From: Dudresnaya verticillata
Taxonomy: Eukaryota
NCBI GenBank assembly: GCA_977862235.1
Contig: OZ374565.1
Span: 1,860,001 to 1,924,000, forward strand
Direction of reading: 5' to 3'
DNA length: 64,000 bases
The notes under the pieces were generated by a model that made no database searches, was not told where the DNA came from, and worked only from the letters and a program-made list of their open reading frames with translations. Positions 13,037 to 25,207 of this stretch are shown here, in pieces. The position numbers and the translations under genes are program-made. Positions within the stretch are counted from its first letter, which is position 1. Each line of letters opens with the position of its first letter.

Positions 13037-16000
13037 TTATCCGCGCTGGGCGTCGTCAATATTTGGAGGCAGACGCGTGTGCTTCCGGCGGTGGTACCGC
13101 ACGGCGTGTGATCGCGGCAAACTGGATACGGGCTCCCAGGTGTTCGCTGAAGCGGGTTATCCAAACCACTTGACGCGGTAGAGGATCTCACCATCATCCG
13201 CGTAGGCGTGCGACTCGATGCGTTCGATAACGTATTCTTTCCCGCTCACAGCGTTCGGCTTGGACCTGTGTCCTTCCAGCGCCTTTGGCGGTTCGTCTTT
13301 TAGCGTTATGGGCGTCTGTTCCGGTTCGGCGAAGCGTACTCGACGAGTTGATCGCCGAAGGCGTTGGCCTTGGGCCTCGGACGCTCGATCAGCGGTCGGC
13401 GGGTTGTTGCGTCTTGAGACGACTTCATCGCTTGCAGCGTTTGGATTCGTACTTGCACGGTTAACGTCCTCGTTATCGGACGCGCTTTCAGCGGATTCAT
13501 TGTTCTCATTCGGCGGTGCTGTAGCGACTTGCTCCAAACGGGTGCGAACCCCTGGGGTATTGTCGTCGCTGGAGACGGATTGCGAAGCGCGGTCGTCGGG
13601 ATCGGCAGCGAAGGGCGAAAGCTCTGCCAACCCACGGCTGCGTGACGCTGTGATCGTACGCTCTTGCGGATCTCTCGCAGTATGCGAATTCTCTGCGTCC
13701 CCCTCCGGGTCCGCTGGTGTGCTTGGGGTAGTCGTCCCTTCGTCTTGTGACGTGGGGCGACTGCGTCCTGCTCCTCAGGCGGACCTGGTGGTACGACGAT
13801 TGGAGGGGCCGCCTGACCCGGTGGGGTCGGTGCCCAGACCACGCGGTCTCGGGACAAACGTTCCCGCTCGTCTCGTCCCTTGTTGACGGTTACTGTCTCG
13901 TTATCAACATGAGTTACCCGGTATGGTCCGTCCGCCACTGGCGCCAGATTGTGCTTACGCTCTGCGCGATCCGTGCTGCCGCCGCGGGCGAAGTATTCCT
14001 TACGTACGAATACGAAGTCGCCTATGGCGATTGATTCCTTCGATTTCCTTAATCGGGTATCGAAGTTTCGTTTGTAACGTGCTTGAGTTTTCGCTAACGA
14101 CGCTTTAGCGGTTCCCATCAGTGCGGCCAACCAGGTTCGCCACTTGGTGTAGTATTGCCCCGCGGTGGGTACGCTTTCGAGCGACGGTTCCGCTTCGAGC
14201 GAAAGTGGGCGTGGTGGCTTAGACAGCACCAATTCAAACGGAGCGAGATGCGTAGACGAATGCAACTGTGTGTTGTATGCGAACGTCAAGGCATCCGTGA
14301 ACAGGTCCCAGTCTCTCGGATGATCCGCAACGTAGTGACGCAGCGAGGCCAGGATAGTTCGATTGAATCGTTCTACCTGGCCATTGCATTGCGGATGGTA
14401 CGTCGTGGTGAAGAGGTTCTCCACTCCCAAAAGACGGCAGATATCCTGAAACAGCTTAGCCACAAACTGTGGTCCGTTGTCGGACAACAGTTTCTTGGGA
14501 GGGCCGTACACGAAGACCCAATGTCGTACGAACGCCTTAGCGATTTCCAATGCCGTAATACTACGCAGTGGGACCGTCCGGACCAGCTTCGAGAAGCGGT
14601 CCACAATGACGAGTAGGAACTTGTTTCCTCGCTTAGTGCGTATGAGTTCGCCCAGGATGTCGATCGATACGAATTGGAGAGGCTCGGTTGCCGGGAATAA
14701 CTTCAATTGCTTGGTATTCTTTCGCAGCAATACGCGATTCTTAGCGCAAGTTACGCAGTTGCGGACAGTCGCGTAGCAATCCACTGGCATCCATGGCCAA
14801 TAGTATTCGCGTCGAAGCGTATGATACAACTTACGTCCCCCTGGGTGCCCTGCCAACTTGGCGTGGTGCCGGAGGTGGGGTAAGCGAGCGCATAACGCGG
14901 AAGGTACGACCACTTGCGGACGGACTTCCACTGTTCGGACCAACAGGCCCTGTTCATCCGTTGCGAACGGTAAGGTGATCCCGTCATCAAGACGTTTCCT
15001 GACATCGTTACAGTAATTGTCATCGCCTTGGGCGTGTACCAACTCTTGATACGTCACTTGACGAAGGAGTACCTCATCCGCCGGTGGCGTGTTGTTGATC
15101 AACACTTGGTCGAACTCTTCGAACTCTCGTTCGGCGAAGTCGACCTCGCCTTCGGCGTCTGACAGATCGTCTTGTGACGTTTGATGGCCGTCTTCGACGT
15201 AGCTTCCGTGATAGCACGGTATATCATCGTCAATTGGCTCGACGGTTTCTCCCTTCGTCTGTAGACGCGAAAGGGCATCTGCCTGAGTATTCAGGTACCC
15301 CTTTTTGTACTTCACGACAAAGTCGAACTCGGAAAGGCGAAAGCGCCATCGCATTAACCGTCCAGAGGGGTCGCTGATTTCCATCAGCCACCTCAATGAC
15401 GAATGGTCCGTATGGACTGTGAACGACTCCATCTGGAGGTAAGGCCCCAGCGTCATGACGGACCATACTATTGCGAGGCACTCCTTTTCGGAGACCGAGT
15501 AGTTACGCTCTGGAGCGGTGAGCGAGCGGGACCAGAAGCCGAGTGGCTTACGCTCCCCGTCGGGCTGCGTTTGAAAGAGAGCGCAGCCGACCTGATACTT
15601 GCTTGCGTCACAATCGACGGAATAGGGGAGACCCTGCTGTGGTAGCGCCAGTATGGGCGGATGAGTCACGGCCTCGACGAGCGTACTGAACGCTTTGGCT
15701 TGTGTCTCATCAAACGGTTGTAATCGGAAGTCCTGTTCCTTCCTCAGAAACTTGTTGAGGGGGGCAGCGACATGCGCGTATCGCGAGACGAACCGTCTGT
15801 AGACGTTACAAAGACCGAGGAAACTCCGTAGCTCCTTCTGATCCCGTGGGTGCTTGGCTTCGCGTAGCGCGGCAGTGACAGTTCGGTCAACTTCTAACCG
15901 TCCTGGATGTATGACGTGTCCTAAGTAGTTGACGGTCGGGGTGAAGAAGTCACACTTGGTCAACTTCAGAGTCACCCCGGCGCGGTGCAATGTCGAAAGG

Positions 16001-17760
16001 ATCTCTTCGACATGACGGAAGTGACTGTCGATGTCGCTGGAGAAGATTATTACGTCATTGAGGTAGACGAGGCACGAACGCCACTTGTAGCCAGCGAGCA
16101 GTATGTCCAACGTTCGTTGAAACGTAGCGGGCGCGTTCGTGAGACCGAATGGCATGCGCTTATAGCGGAACAGTCCGGCGTGGCACGTGAATGCAGTCTT
16201 ATCGCGGTCTCGCGGATTGAATGGCACCTTCCAGTACCCACTGTTACAGTCTAGGGTAGTGAAGACGTTTGCTTCCCCTAGACTGTCAATGCATTCGTCG
16301 ATACGCGGCAGCGGGTACGTGTCCCGTATGGTTACTGCGTTTAAACGACGGTAGTCTACGCAAAAGCGGAGGGTCCCGTCCTTCTTGGGGGCGAAGACCA
16401 CTGGTGACGCCCACGGCGATTGTGCGGGTTCGATAACCCCTTGACGCAGCATGCGGTCCACTTCCGCTTGAGCGAGTTGTCTTTGCTTCGGCCCCGCTCG
16501 GTAGGGCGGGGACGATATCGGTCTAGAGCCGGGGAGCAAGTCGATGTAGTGCTCCGTGGTTGAGATTTCTCCCAACGAACCGTTCCACATAGACGAATAC
16601 TTGCGCAACATCTCCTTAAGCCGGCCTTGATGCTCGGCGGGGAGATGTCCCAAGTCCAAATCGTCTACTGACGGAGGTTTGGCGGTGGTTGCCTCGATAG
16701 ACTTCGTGAAAGTATCCGGCTGTGCCGCGGTGTTATCGTTCGTTTGAAAACGGAAATCTTGGTTCCCCTCCTCTTCCTCGGCCTGTTTCTCTGTGAGGCC
16801 CAAAACATCGGCTAGACTTACGTGACTGGGGAACACTGCTGTCGGATGTGGTAGCGCCGTCGCGACGACTTGACCCTTGGCCAGCGCCTGCGGGCGGGGA
16901 GAGAAGTTGGCAACCAGAATACGAAACGCTTTTAGCGGTTCCACTTGAGCAATCCCTTTTGTAACGGCCAACCCTTGTTTGTCGTACAGCGTTCCGAACG
17001 GTTGAATTGTGATGATGCCGGCGCGCTCGGTGGTAACCGATACCCATTGCTGCGCCTTAGGCGGGATGATCGCGCGCTCGGCGACTCGGATCTTGGGCGA
17101 CGTCCTCCCTTCGGCCTTGCCGTATTCCCGTTCCGTTGGTAACGGAGGATACGACGGGGGTCGGCGCAGCGGGCGGCGCGTTATAGGGACACGAGTCCCG
17201 TCATCCAATTCAAACTCGCGACTTCGCGGATATATTGCTTCGACGAAGCGGTCGCAAAAGTCGCAGCCGAGTATAACCGGCGCAGCGAGTCGTTCGCAAA
17301 CGATCAGTTCCAACTTGACGACCCTCCGTCCTAGACGACCGACCAAGTCGATGGTGCCTCTTGTCTGGATCGCCTTATTGTTGGCGTCGGCTATGACGGG
17401 GAGGCTCTTTGCCACGATGCGCGGTCGCGCTTCCAGCGGAATGTCGTCAATGCGAATGAAATTAGGACCAGCCCCCGTGTCGAGGACAGTGAGTTTACGT
17501 GCCAAGGTACTAACGGTTGCGCCCAAATCGGCGTACACCTTATAGTTCCTTTTGGTCATTACGAACAACTGCCCTCGCGCCTGAGGGGGCTGGTACCTTC
17601 GCCATAGGCGTTTTAATGACGTCTGTGACGACTCTATCCGCCCGTTGGCGTCATCAGTAACTAACTTCGGGCCCTCCTTCCGTGTCAGCACCCGAGGCCT
17701 AGGCCTCTCTTCGCGGTGCGACACCCCAGTGTCAGGGTTTGGTGCCCGAGTTAGTTTTTC
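13037..17760 (-). pseudogene. pol of element B (PR, RT, RNase H, IN, chromodomain)
   Basis: LDTGA, FCVDYRRLN, RT YLND (catalytic D to N), DCDAS, SDNGPQF, NGQVERFN, ADGPY; frameshift near 13.7 kb; chromodomain EYVIERI...YRVKWFG*PASANTWEP with an internal stop. Confidence 0.95.
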
Positions 17761-20315
17761 GCCTGCGGCGGTGGTTGTGGCGCTACATAGCGGTTGATCA
17801 TCGTCGGATGACGTTCTGCCGCGTGCGGCATGGGTCCGCCTCGTGGCGATTATTGTCGTGCAGTACGGCGAGCAGCGTCGCGGGTCGCGCGTTCCTGGCA
17901 ACGTACATACGCATCAGCGGGGACACCAGCCTTCTCGGCCTCGATTAGTCCTTCATATTTGGTAATAACCTTCATGAAGTCGCTCATGCGGAGGAAGCAG
18001 TCCGGCGCGATGTGTCCGCGGGCGTAGCATTGGTGGCAAACCAGCTGCCGACGCGCGTCTTGACGGGGCGGGCCTCTGTCCTGCCATCCGGGCCTGGATC
18101 GGTGTACGTGGGGAGCATACTCGGAATAGGGGACGCGTGGAGCGGGTACGACCGAGCGCCCAAAGGCGAGAGCAGGGTCCATATCCCTTTCGTCCTCGTC
18201 ATCGACGTAGCTGTCCGTCGGTAGAGCCGAGGTTGGCACCGACGCTTGCTCGTCTGCCAAGTACAAATCGCCTTCGGAGTGTGTTTCCATGTCGTCGACA
18301 GGACGACTATCGTCTCGGAATTCGACGGAGGACTCCGCTATCATAGTGCGCGCTCCAGGCTTGGCGCCTCTCGTCTGTGGACGCAGTACCCCTCGGGTAT
18401 CGCCGGTGGCGGATCGCGGTGTGCGTACGGCTTGAGCCGGTGTCAGTAGGTCACGTCTTGCTGACGCAGAGCCGGCTCTGCCGTGTCGTGCGCGGTTGGT
18501 ATCCCCTTCGTCCTGTGCGAAGTGGACCCGCCGCTCAAATGACAACTCCGCCCTTGGCGTTTCTTCTCGGAAGCGAGCGACCAGGGACCTGATCAACGGG
18601 TCTAATCCGTCGATGTACAGCGTCATCTTTTCCCAATCTGGATATACGTTACCGCAACCAATACACGCACCGGCTAGCCGCATCCCATAGGTCGTCTCGT
18701 ACTCGCCTTGCTTTTGGGCCGTCGACCGTAGGGCGAGGACAGCGTCCCTGATCGCCGCTGGCGTAGCATACGTACGGAGGAGGTACTGTACCGCCTCTGG
18801 ATACGAAGACACCCCGCCGCGATGGCGAGAAGACGTCGAATTGACGGAGCGGAATTGCGTGGCTGCCGTACCTCGCAAGAAGTACGGCAGTGCGATAAAC
18901 GCTTGGGCTTCGCTCATCTCCAGCGTATCGGCCTCATCCGCGTAACGCGTCAGGAACTCGAGGACCATGACGGGGTCGCTGCCGTTGAAGGCAGCGTCCT
19001 TCATGGTCAGCTCCAGTCGCTTAATGTGGTCCTTGACCTTGCCCGTATCGCGCCCTGAGCGTTTTTGCCCTACGTCTCTAAGACGGTAAGTCCTGTACGA
19101 TAACAACTGATCGAAAAGGGGTTGGAGGGGCATAGCTCCTTCAGCCCCTTGAACTGCTTTCCGCGAGGTCTTGCGGCACTGCCGAGAGCTGGGAAGTCGT
19201 CTTCTTCAGACGAAGAGTCTGACGACTCCCCGTCACTTGACGAATCCGAAGAGGAAGAGGATGAGTCCCCACGTCGATGACGGTTCTTCTTCCGTCTCTG
19301 ACGCAGCTTGCGTCGGCGTTTCTTCCGGTCATTACGTCTGTGACGATCTTCGCATGAGCTCTCGTCGCCCGACGGTGGACCATTGCGCCACTTGGCGTTT
19401 TCGAGTCGCTCTAAGCGGGTCGCAAGTCGCTGAAAGCGTTCGCGTGAGCTAAGCTCAGAATGAGAATGAACCGTTACTGCTGGCGGTGGTTGTGTACCCT
19501 CGCTTTGGGCGTTTTGATTCCTCAGTAGACGGTCGAGGTCGGATCGAAGTCCTTGTAGGGCGCCGTTCCGATCCTCTTCCAACGTCTGTAGACGACTCGC
19601 GATTCCTCCGACACTGTCGTCCAGCAACCCGGCGAACCGAGCGAGCATCGCATCGTACTCTAAGACGCACACCTCTCGGATCCGTTCGCGTGGTATCGTT
19701 ACGTTACTCACGCGGACAACCGAGGGTGACGCCGTTGGCGGTTGGCTTTCGCGGTTTGACCGGTCGGGCGTCCCTTGCGCCCTTTTGACTTGGCGAATTT
19801 GGCTTAGCCGGCGAACAACCGGCACTGCCGTGGGGAGTGGGGCAGCAAGCCCCGTGTGTCAATGGTTCGTCAACGACGTTGCGCTCCGCGGAGTGCGCTT
19901 GGCCGTCGTTGACGGGAATGGTTGGTTGATCCCGAAGTTCCGGTTGTCCCTCGACGATGTCAGCTTGTGTTCCGTCTACGACGTCCTGTTGCTCGGCTTG
20001 TACTGTATCAGCCGAGTCAACGTAGGAGCGGTAGGTGCGGAGGGCCGATCCCTCGGGGACTGAGGTGCGGACGACGACGGGGTTGTGGCGCGTCGGCGGG
20101 GGAGGTAACTTTCCTCCGTTGAGCGACGCGTGGGAGCCTGCGTGGCCGTGGTCCGGGGGTAGCGTCGGGAACGCCGACGCGATCTCGGGGCTCACGAGGC
20201 GCCCAGACCTCGTTGTCATCCGCTGTAGCGACCGTTCAGACGCGGGTACACTCCCAGGCGTCGAAGACGGTCTTCTTGAACTTGGGCCTCGCGACGGCGG
20301 CGGTCGTGAGGCCAT
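17751..20315 (-). pseudogene. gag of element B
   Basis: Three overlapping ORFs (19704, 19070, 17850); YRTYRL and FNGSDP core shared with the C gag; zinc knuckle CHQCYARGHIAPDC; premature stop at 17850, after which the same frame continues to QAKN* at 17751. Confidence 0.9.
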
Positions 20316-20422
20316 GATACAATCGTAGAGTTGCTTGAACGTCGTGGACGATTAGCGACAAACATCTGAAGACGGATAGTTGGACGTCGCGCGACGGAGA
20401 AACGCGTTGAAACGTAGCACTG

Positions 20423-20441
20423 CTTCTAGGTCGGGAGACCA
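20423..20441 (-). promoter_or_regulatory. Primer binding site of B (TGGTCTCCCGACC...)
   Basis: Starts TGG 2 nt inside the 5' LTR boundary; identical 19-mer in element C at 53043-53061. Confidence 0.85.
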
Positions 20442-20443
20442 GA

Positions 20444-21261
20444 TGTGGTGCAAAGCATCTGTAGACGATGGACCGCCGAGCAGTTTGGGGCTCTGTGGGT
20501 AGCTGCGCCCTTGGCGAGGGGTGGTCCCGCCGTGGGCGACTTGGTGGTAGAGCAAAGGAACACGCCTTGGGCGGACTGTAGACGCCCGAGGCGGAAGGTG
20601 TGAAGGAAAGGGAAAGGAAACAGAAAGGAACAAAAGGAAAGCACGTCAAGGACGGGTAGAGACGTGGAAGCACGGGAGGTAGACTCTTAGCCGTAGGCAG
20701 CGGTAGGATACGCGCGAGCGGAACGGGAAAGTCTGGACCAAGGCCGGCTTGTCCGGGGTTTACTCAGCGTCGCAGACGGATTACCTAATATACTACGTGA
20801 GCGACGGCGGTAGGCGCGGTGCGCGGGAACTCAGGACGCTTGTCGCGTCGTCGAGTGTCTGACACGTCGTCGTCGCCATGCAGCCGCGCGCGCGGGAGCT
20901 CAGGAGTAGCTTACAGGCGCGTGCGTGTAGCGTTGCAGGTGATCCGGATTCGGATCCGGATCCCGGCCAGCATTGCTGGCGCGCGGCCCTTACAGGCGCG
21001 CTCCTTACATCACTGTGGATCCGGATGCCGGACCAAGCTTACAGGCGGGCGCCTTGCGCCCGGCTGATCGGGATCCTGCATCCGGATCTGGCCGTACAGT
21101 GGGCGCGTGCGCCGCGCCGCGCGGGGTAACGGCGGCCGGATGCCCGTGGGCCAATCGTCGATGACGTGTTCGCGCGCCAACGGCGGTGGACGTGCCGTCG
21201 GTAGACGTTGATATATAATACGCTCAGAGCGAAAAAGGCGCAGCCCTCCCCTTGCACCACA
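20444..21261 (-). repeat. 5' LTR of element B
   Basis: tgtggtgcaa...ttgcaccaca perfect 10-bp terminal IR. Confidence 0.96.
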
Positions 21262-21266
21262 GTCGC

Positions 21267-22782
21267 CACTCCCATCCTTATGAAGAACTTCTGGGACGTC
21301 GACGACTCCTCCGAATCTATCAGCCGCGAACTCGAGCATGACACGGTTGTTCAACCCTATAGACGCGAGAACATGTCGTCCGACATAAACGTGCTGTACT
21401 TCAGCGTCTGCGACCAGCCACTTCATTCCTCGCAACATGAGGTTCGTACCATGGCGTACGCGTAGCATTACGACAGCGGATACTTGCCTGCTGCACGTGA
21501 TATTCACTGCAGAAGAATGAGCATCGGAGAACTCCAGCTTCTTTGGTAGAGTCACAACTCGAACATCTGGGTCGGCCTGTAAGATCTCCTTCAGTACTGA
21601 TGGTGAAATTAGATTAGCATCTGAACCTTGATCGGTTAAGGCGGACACCTCTACAGCACCTGAACAGAATGAGGCTGAGAACATTGAAGTGTGTTCTCCC
21701 TCGGTAGGTAGTTCTACAGATCCGATGTTTCCTCGCTTCTCTGAGTCCTGCTTCGATCGCTTGCGCGCTTGCGAACGTTCACGGCACTCATCCTTGAGAC
21801 GTTTCTTCTCTGCGTCCGCAGTTATTTCACAGTCATCAACCCAATGGCGCTTGTCGCACTTTGGGTTGAGACAATGGGGAGGTTCGCGAAAGCGTTTACT
21901 TCTGCCATCGTTACCACCGAACGGTTTGTCTTGATTGCGGTTCCCATCTCCTGCAGTACTGCCAGATGCACCACCTTGATTACGACGGTTCTTATTCTTA
22001 CGTCCGGAACCGGAACTGACCGATCGGTATGGCGCCGTCGGCGGCGGATCATCCGCGACACGAGTAGCAAACTTATCGAAAGCGGTAGCGGGCGCTTTGT
22101 ATTTCTTGGCGGCGTTCATGCGGTCGATCAGCCGCGCTTCCTTCGCGAGTTCTCCTACGAAAACTTTGAAGTTCTTCTGATAGTCCTCGTCCTTCTTCAG
22201 ACGTACAGTCATGATCACGCGGTTCTTCAGGAACGGGTGAGTGATACGCTTCAGTATGTGCTCCACGGCAAGCTTCGGGTGCCGTTCGGCAAACTTATCG
22301 TAACCACAGTTCTGTAAGATCTTGGTGTATTCCAAGATCAGCTTCCAAACTTGGGCTTCTAGGTTGTGTTCACTATCCGCTCGTCCGAGCTTCAAGTCCT
22401 TGAGGGAATCATCGAGCCTTCCAAGATCATAATCATCAGTATTAACTACGGCATGCTTGGCCACACAGTCCTCAAGATGCTTCTCCGTGATGTCGTCAAC
22501 GGTGTCCACCGGAACCCAGTCACCTAGTGCGAAGATCTCCAGCACATCAGGTAGAACAGAGTCCTTGTAGGTCGTAAGCTGGATCTTAACATTCGGATCC
22601 GAATTCTTCTCAGCGACTCGTCGTTCATAGATCTCGCAATCGTCCTTGAACAAGACGAAGTCAGCCGTTGACAGTCCTGTCAGCCTCGGCGCTTCCACCA
22701 TTTCGACGATCGTCTGACGGACACGGTTTGTGCATGAATCTTGGGCATTGGATCCATTCGTAGCACTCCTAGTGTTGGTCAT
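21267..22782 (-). pseudogene. gag-protease of element A (interrupted by B)
   Basis: ORF from ATG 22782; CLNPKCDKRHWVDDC knuckle; protease LTDQGSDAN; continues at 7964 after removing B. Confidence 0.88.
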
Positions 22783-22833
22783 CGATCTCGTTTCGTCAAC
22801 AAAAACGAAACTACTCCCGTGAAAAGTAATTAC

Positions 22834-23165
22834 TGTGACGCTTAACCGCTTTTGCCTTCGAAGAAGTAGATCGCGAACGCGAAAAGGAAAAGTAAAAGGT
22901 TGGTAGAGAGAAAGTTGGGGTTGGCAAAGTCACGGCGTGGATGAGGAGTGGTGTGTTGTCCCTCGTCGTCGTCGTTCGACGCCAGCGTGCTGCCTTTATT
23001 ATTTCTACAGCTGGACGGCTCAAAGCGACCCACAGTATTTGTGGCCCGCATGCTTGCGGGATCCGCTCCAAGTCAGATAGACGTGAACAGGCGGATGTGT
23101 TCACACCCGCCGTCCCACAGTGGGTCGGGGACGGGCGGAAAGTCGTGCGAGCGCTATGTGTAACA
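22834..23165 (-). repeat. 5' LTR of element A (332 bp)
   Basis: TG...CA termini; repeat of the left LTR. Confidence 0.9.
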
Positions 23166-23741
23166 AAGGGCGGAATGAAGCCGACGGGAACGGGAACGGA
23201 AGGACGAAAGCCTCGCGCGTCTAGGGAAAGGTGAACCGCCCGCTGGCGTATAGGAAAGCGATCTAACTAGAAAGGCTAGGGGAGGATTCAATGCGAGTTG
23301 CTCCTTGCCCGCTTTACTGAGCCGTCGATCTCAGACGACCTTAAATACTCTAGACTGTGTACACCTACAGCTATTATTACAGTTAATACTCATCTACAGC
23401 AGTGAATACTCCTCTACAGCATCAACACGGGATGTGTGCGCGCGCGTCCATACACATGTACACATGTCTGCGTTATGGCTACAAGTGGGCGCATACGCTG
23501 CGTCACAGGCAGCGGCCGCCTCAAAGGCTCGATGCCCGAGAGCACCACTAAGGCGCGCCCTGTGCGGCACAGCGCGCGGCCGCTGCCGACAGCAAGGCGA
23601 TCGACCTCCGCTAAAACCACCGAAAAACGGACGGGCTAGCTGCCAAAATACGACTTGCCAGCGGGCGTCGTCGTGCGCACCATTACAATCCGGAGCTGCG
23701 CACCCCTTATAGCCCCTGCTGATGGGGCTGCTGACTCCATC

Positions 23742-24730
23742 CCTGCTCGTCACAACCGGTACGTTTGAGAGCGGCAAAAATCATATGATCGAAACAGTCT
23801 ATCGCCTTCTCCCGGTCGAACACAACCGTGGAACATTGCAGCCTACACTGTTTTTGCAGCTGGATAACTGAACCCGGGAGAACTAAAATAAGTACATGCT
23901 ATCTTGCTTGCAGTATTTAGTCCCGTGGGTTGTTCTGCATGAAGTGCAAGTTTCCTTCTTCGCAATCGGCCACACCCATTTCGTTATCTACCAGGCCTTC
24001 AGTTTCACAAGAAAGAAGCTCTCGCTTGTGAAACTGAAGACCCGAACATCTGAGCAAAAGATATTCCGACGATGTCTTGCTTTCTCCGCGATCGCGGCAT
24101 TTCATACACGCCTCGTCCATCGATGGAAAAGTTGCTGTAGGTAGCCAGCTTCTCCGGGCTGTGTAAAACTATGGATGCATTGGCTGGACTGAAGCATTCT
24201 CGAACTATAGATTGTTTTGCATTACTCAAAAATGCGGCGAGGGAATGGGTACAAACGCGAGATTACGGACGCAATATCCCGTCAACGTTCAGTGCGGAGA
24301 TGAATGGCAACCACTTGTAACAGAAGTGCGTGGCAACGCCTTAAAACAGGAAGGCTTCATACTGTTTACCCATGATCTCGCTGAGATGCCATACACCGAA
24401 GCGCGATGCCGACATGACATCAGGGAGGACAATGATCGCATAACCTGCACGGAATTACGAGAGTTAAATGCGTCGGAGATCGCCGCACTGCAAAGCATCA
24501 GGGACCGCATGTGCAGAGGTCGATATGAACCGTTTACTTGGGACTTCTGTTGGGCTCCGAAGACAATTGGGAAGCAACGAACGGACAATAGACAGCATAC
24601 AGACCCTGACAGGCTTTCTGAGATATCGAAAGTGGGTCATGTACATGTACACGGCTTCATGCAGGGCCACAACAGAATAGTGCCCGTGAATTACGTAAGG
24701 ACACCGAATAATGTCTGTTTTATGTGGTAA
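23742..24730 (+). pseudogene. Sola-like DDD transposase pseudogene, C-terminal half
   Basis: FESGKNHMIET...LFLQLDN*TREN*NKYML...EVQVSFFAIGHTHFVIYQAFS matches the family consensus LQLDNCxRENKN...VGHTHEDIDQxFS. Confidence 0.78.
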
Positions 24731-24819
24731 AATTGATGTACGTTGTGAGTGGAGACGATAGAAAAGTGGTTAAATTGTTGTTGCAATGTTACGAAGCCAA
24801 TCACACCCAAAACCTCTTC

Positions 24820-25207
24820 AATTAAGCATGAAGTCCAGATATTATACACCCCGTCAGAACAAAACAAAGCCGACTCTCTCACTAAGGTATTGGTTGGCAG
24901 CACATTTACTCAGCATCGTGAATGGCTGGGTTGTACTACCATAGCTTAACAGAAGTTAGTTCGCTTGAGGGAGCGTGTCATGGATTCAACATTTAGTGCT
25001 AGCTCACGTCACGCGCAGTGAACAGTTTTACCATCAGCTATCGCTGGCAGCCACTTTAGCACAGTGCATATTTAGTTTCTCTGCGGAGAGGAACTCTCCC
25101 GTAATGCAATAGTTACAATTACGGAGAGAGGTGCTGTGTTCTGTAGTACATAAAGGAGAGCTTGCGTCCTACCAAGGACCAAAGCAAGCACAACTCAGCA
25201 AAAGACA
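24820..25207 (+). mobile_element. Ty1/copia 3' fragment: RNase H end, PPT and probable 3' LTR
   Basis: ILYTPSEQNKADSLTKVL (copia ADxLTK motif), stop at 24949, PPT ttgagggagcg, then TG at 24976. The LTR end (gaca, 25207) is tentative. Confidence 0.75.

Larger units (their letters stand above)
7970..21261 (-). mobile_element. Ty3/gypsy chromodomain LTR retrotransposon B with antisense ORF, inserted in the PR-RT linker of A
   Basis: 818-bp LTRs with about 13 mismatches; TSD GTCGC (7965-7969, 21262-21266); PBS, PPT, gag and pol present. Confidence 0.96.
3357..23165 (-). mobile_element. Ty3/gypsy LTR retrotransposon A (chromodomain-bearing, single gag-pol, decayed)
   Basis: Direct repeats tgtgacgctt...tgtgtaaca at 3357-4632 and 22834-23165; 4-bp TSD AAGG (3353-3356, 23166-23169); gag-PR-RT-RH-IN-chromo order on the minus strand; PPT-like gggggcac next to the left LTR. 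Confidence 0.92.
3148..23736. mobile_element. Old solo LTR (family E, about 775 bp without element A) interrupting the transposase
   Basis: The transposase reads through the junction as HLS|LLVTTGTFE. Termini are ttaagca...tgctgact (degenerate TG..CA), with degenerate TSD ttatc/ccatc. The right part (23434-23736) is homologous to 58236-58538, which ends tgctgaca. Confidence 0.5.

Noticed and set aside
21010..21266. C-terminal extension of the 590-aa ORF, and likewise the N-terminal part of ORF 53586
   Set aside because: Read-through into inserted LTRs, not true protein sequence.
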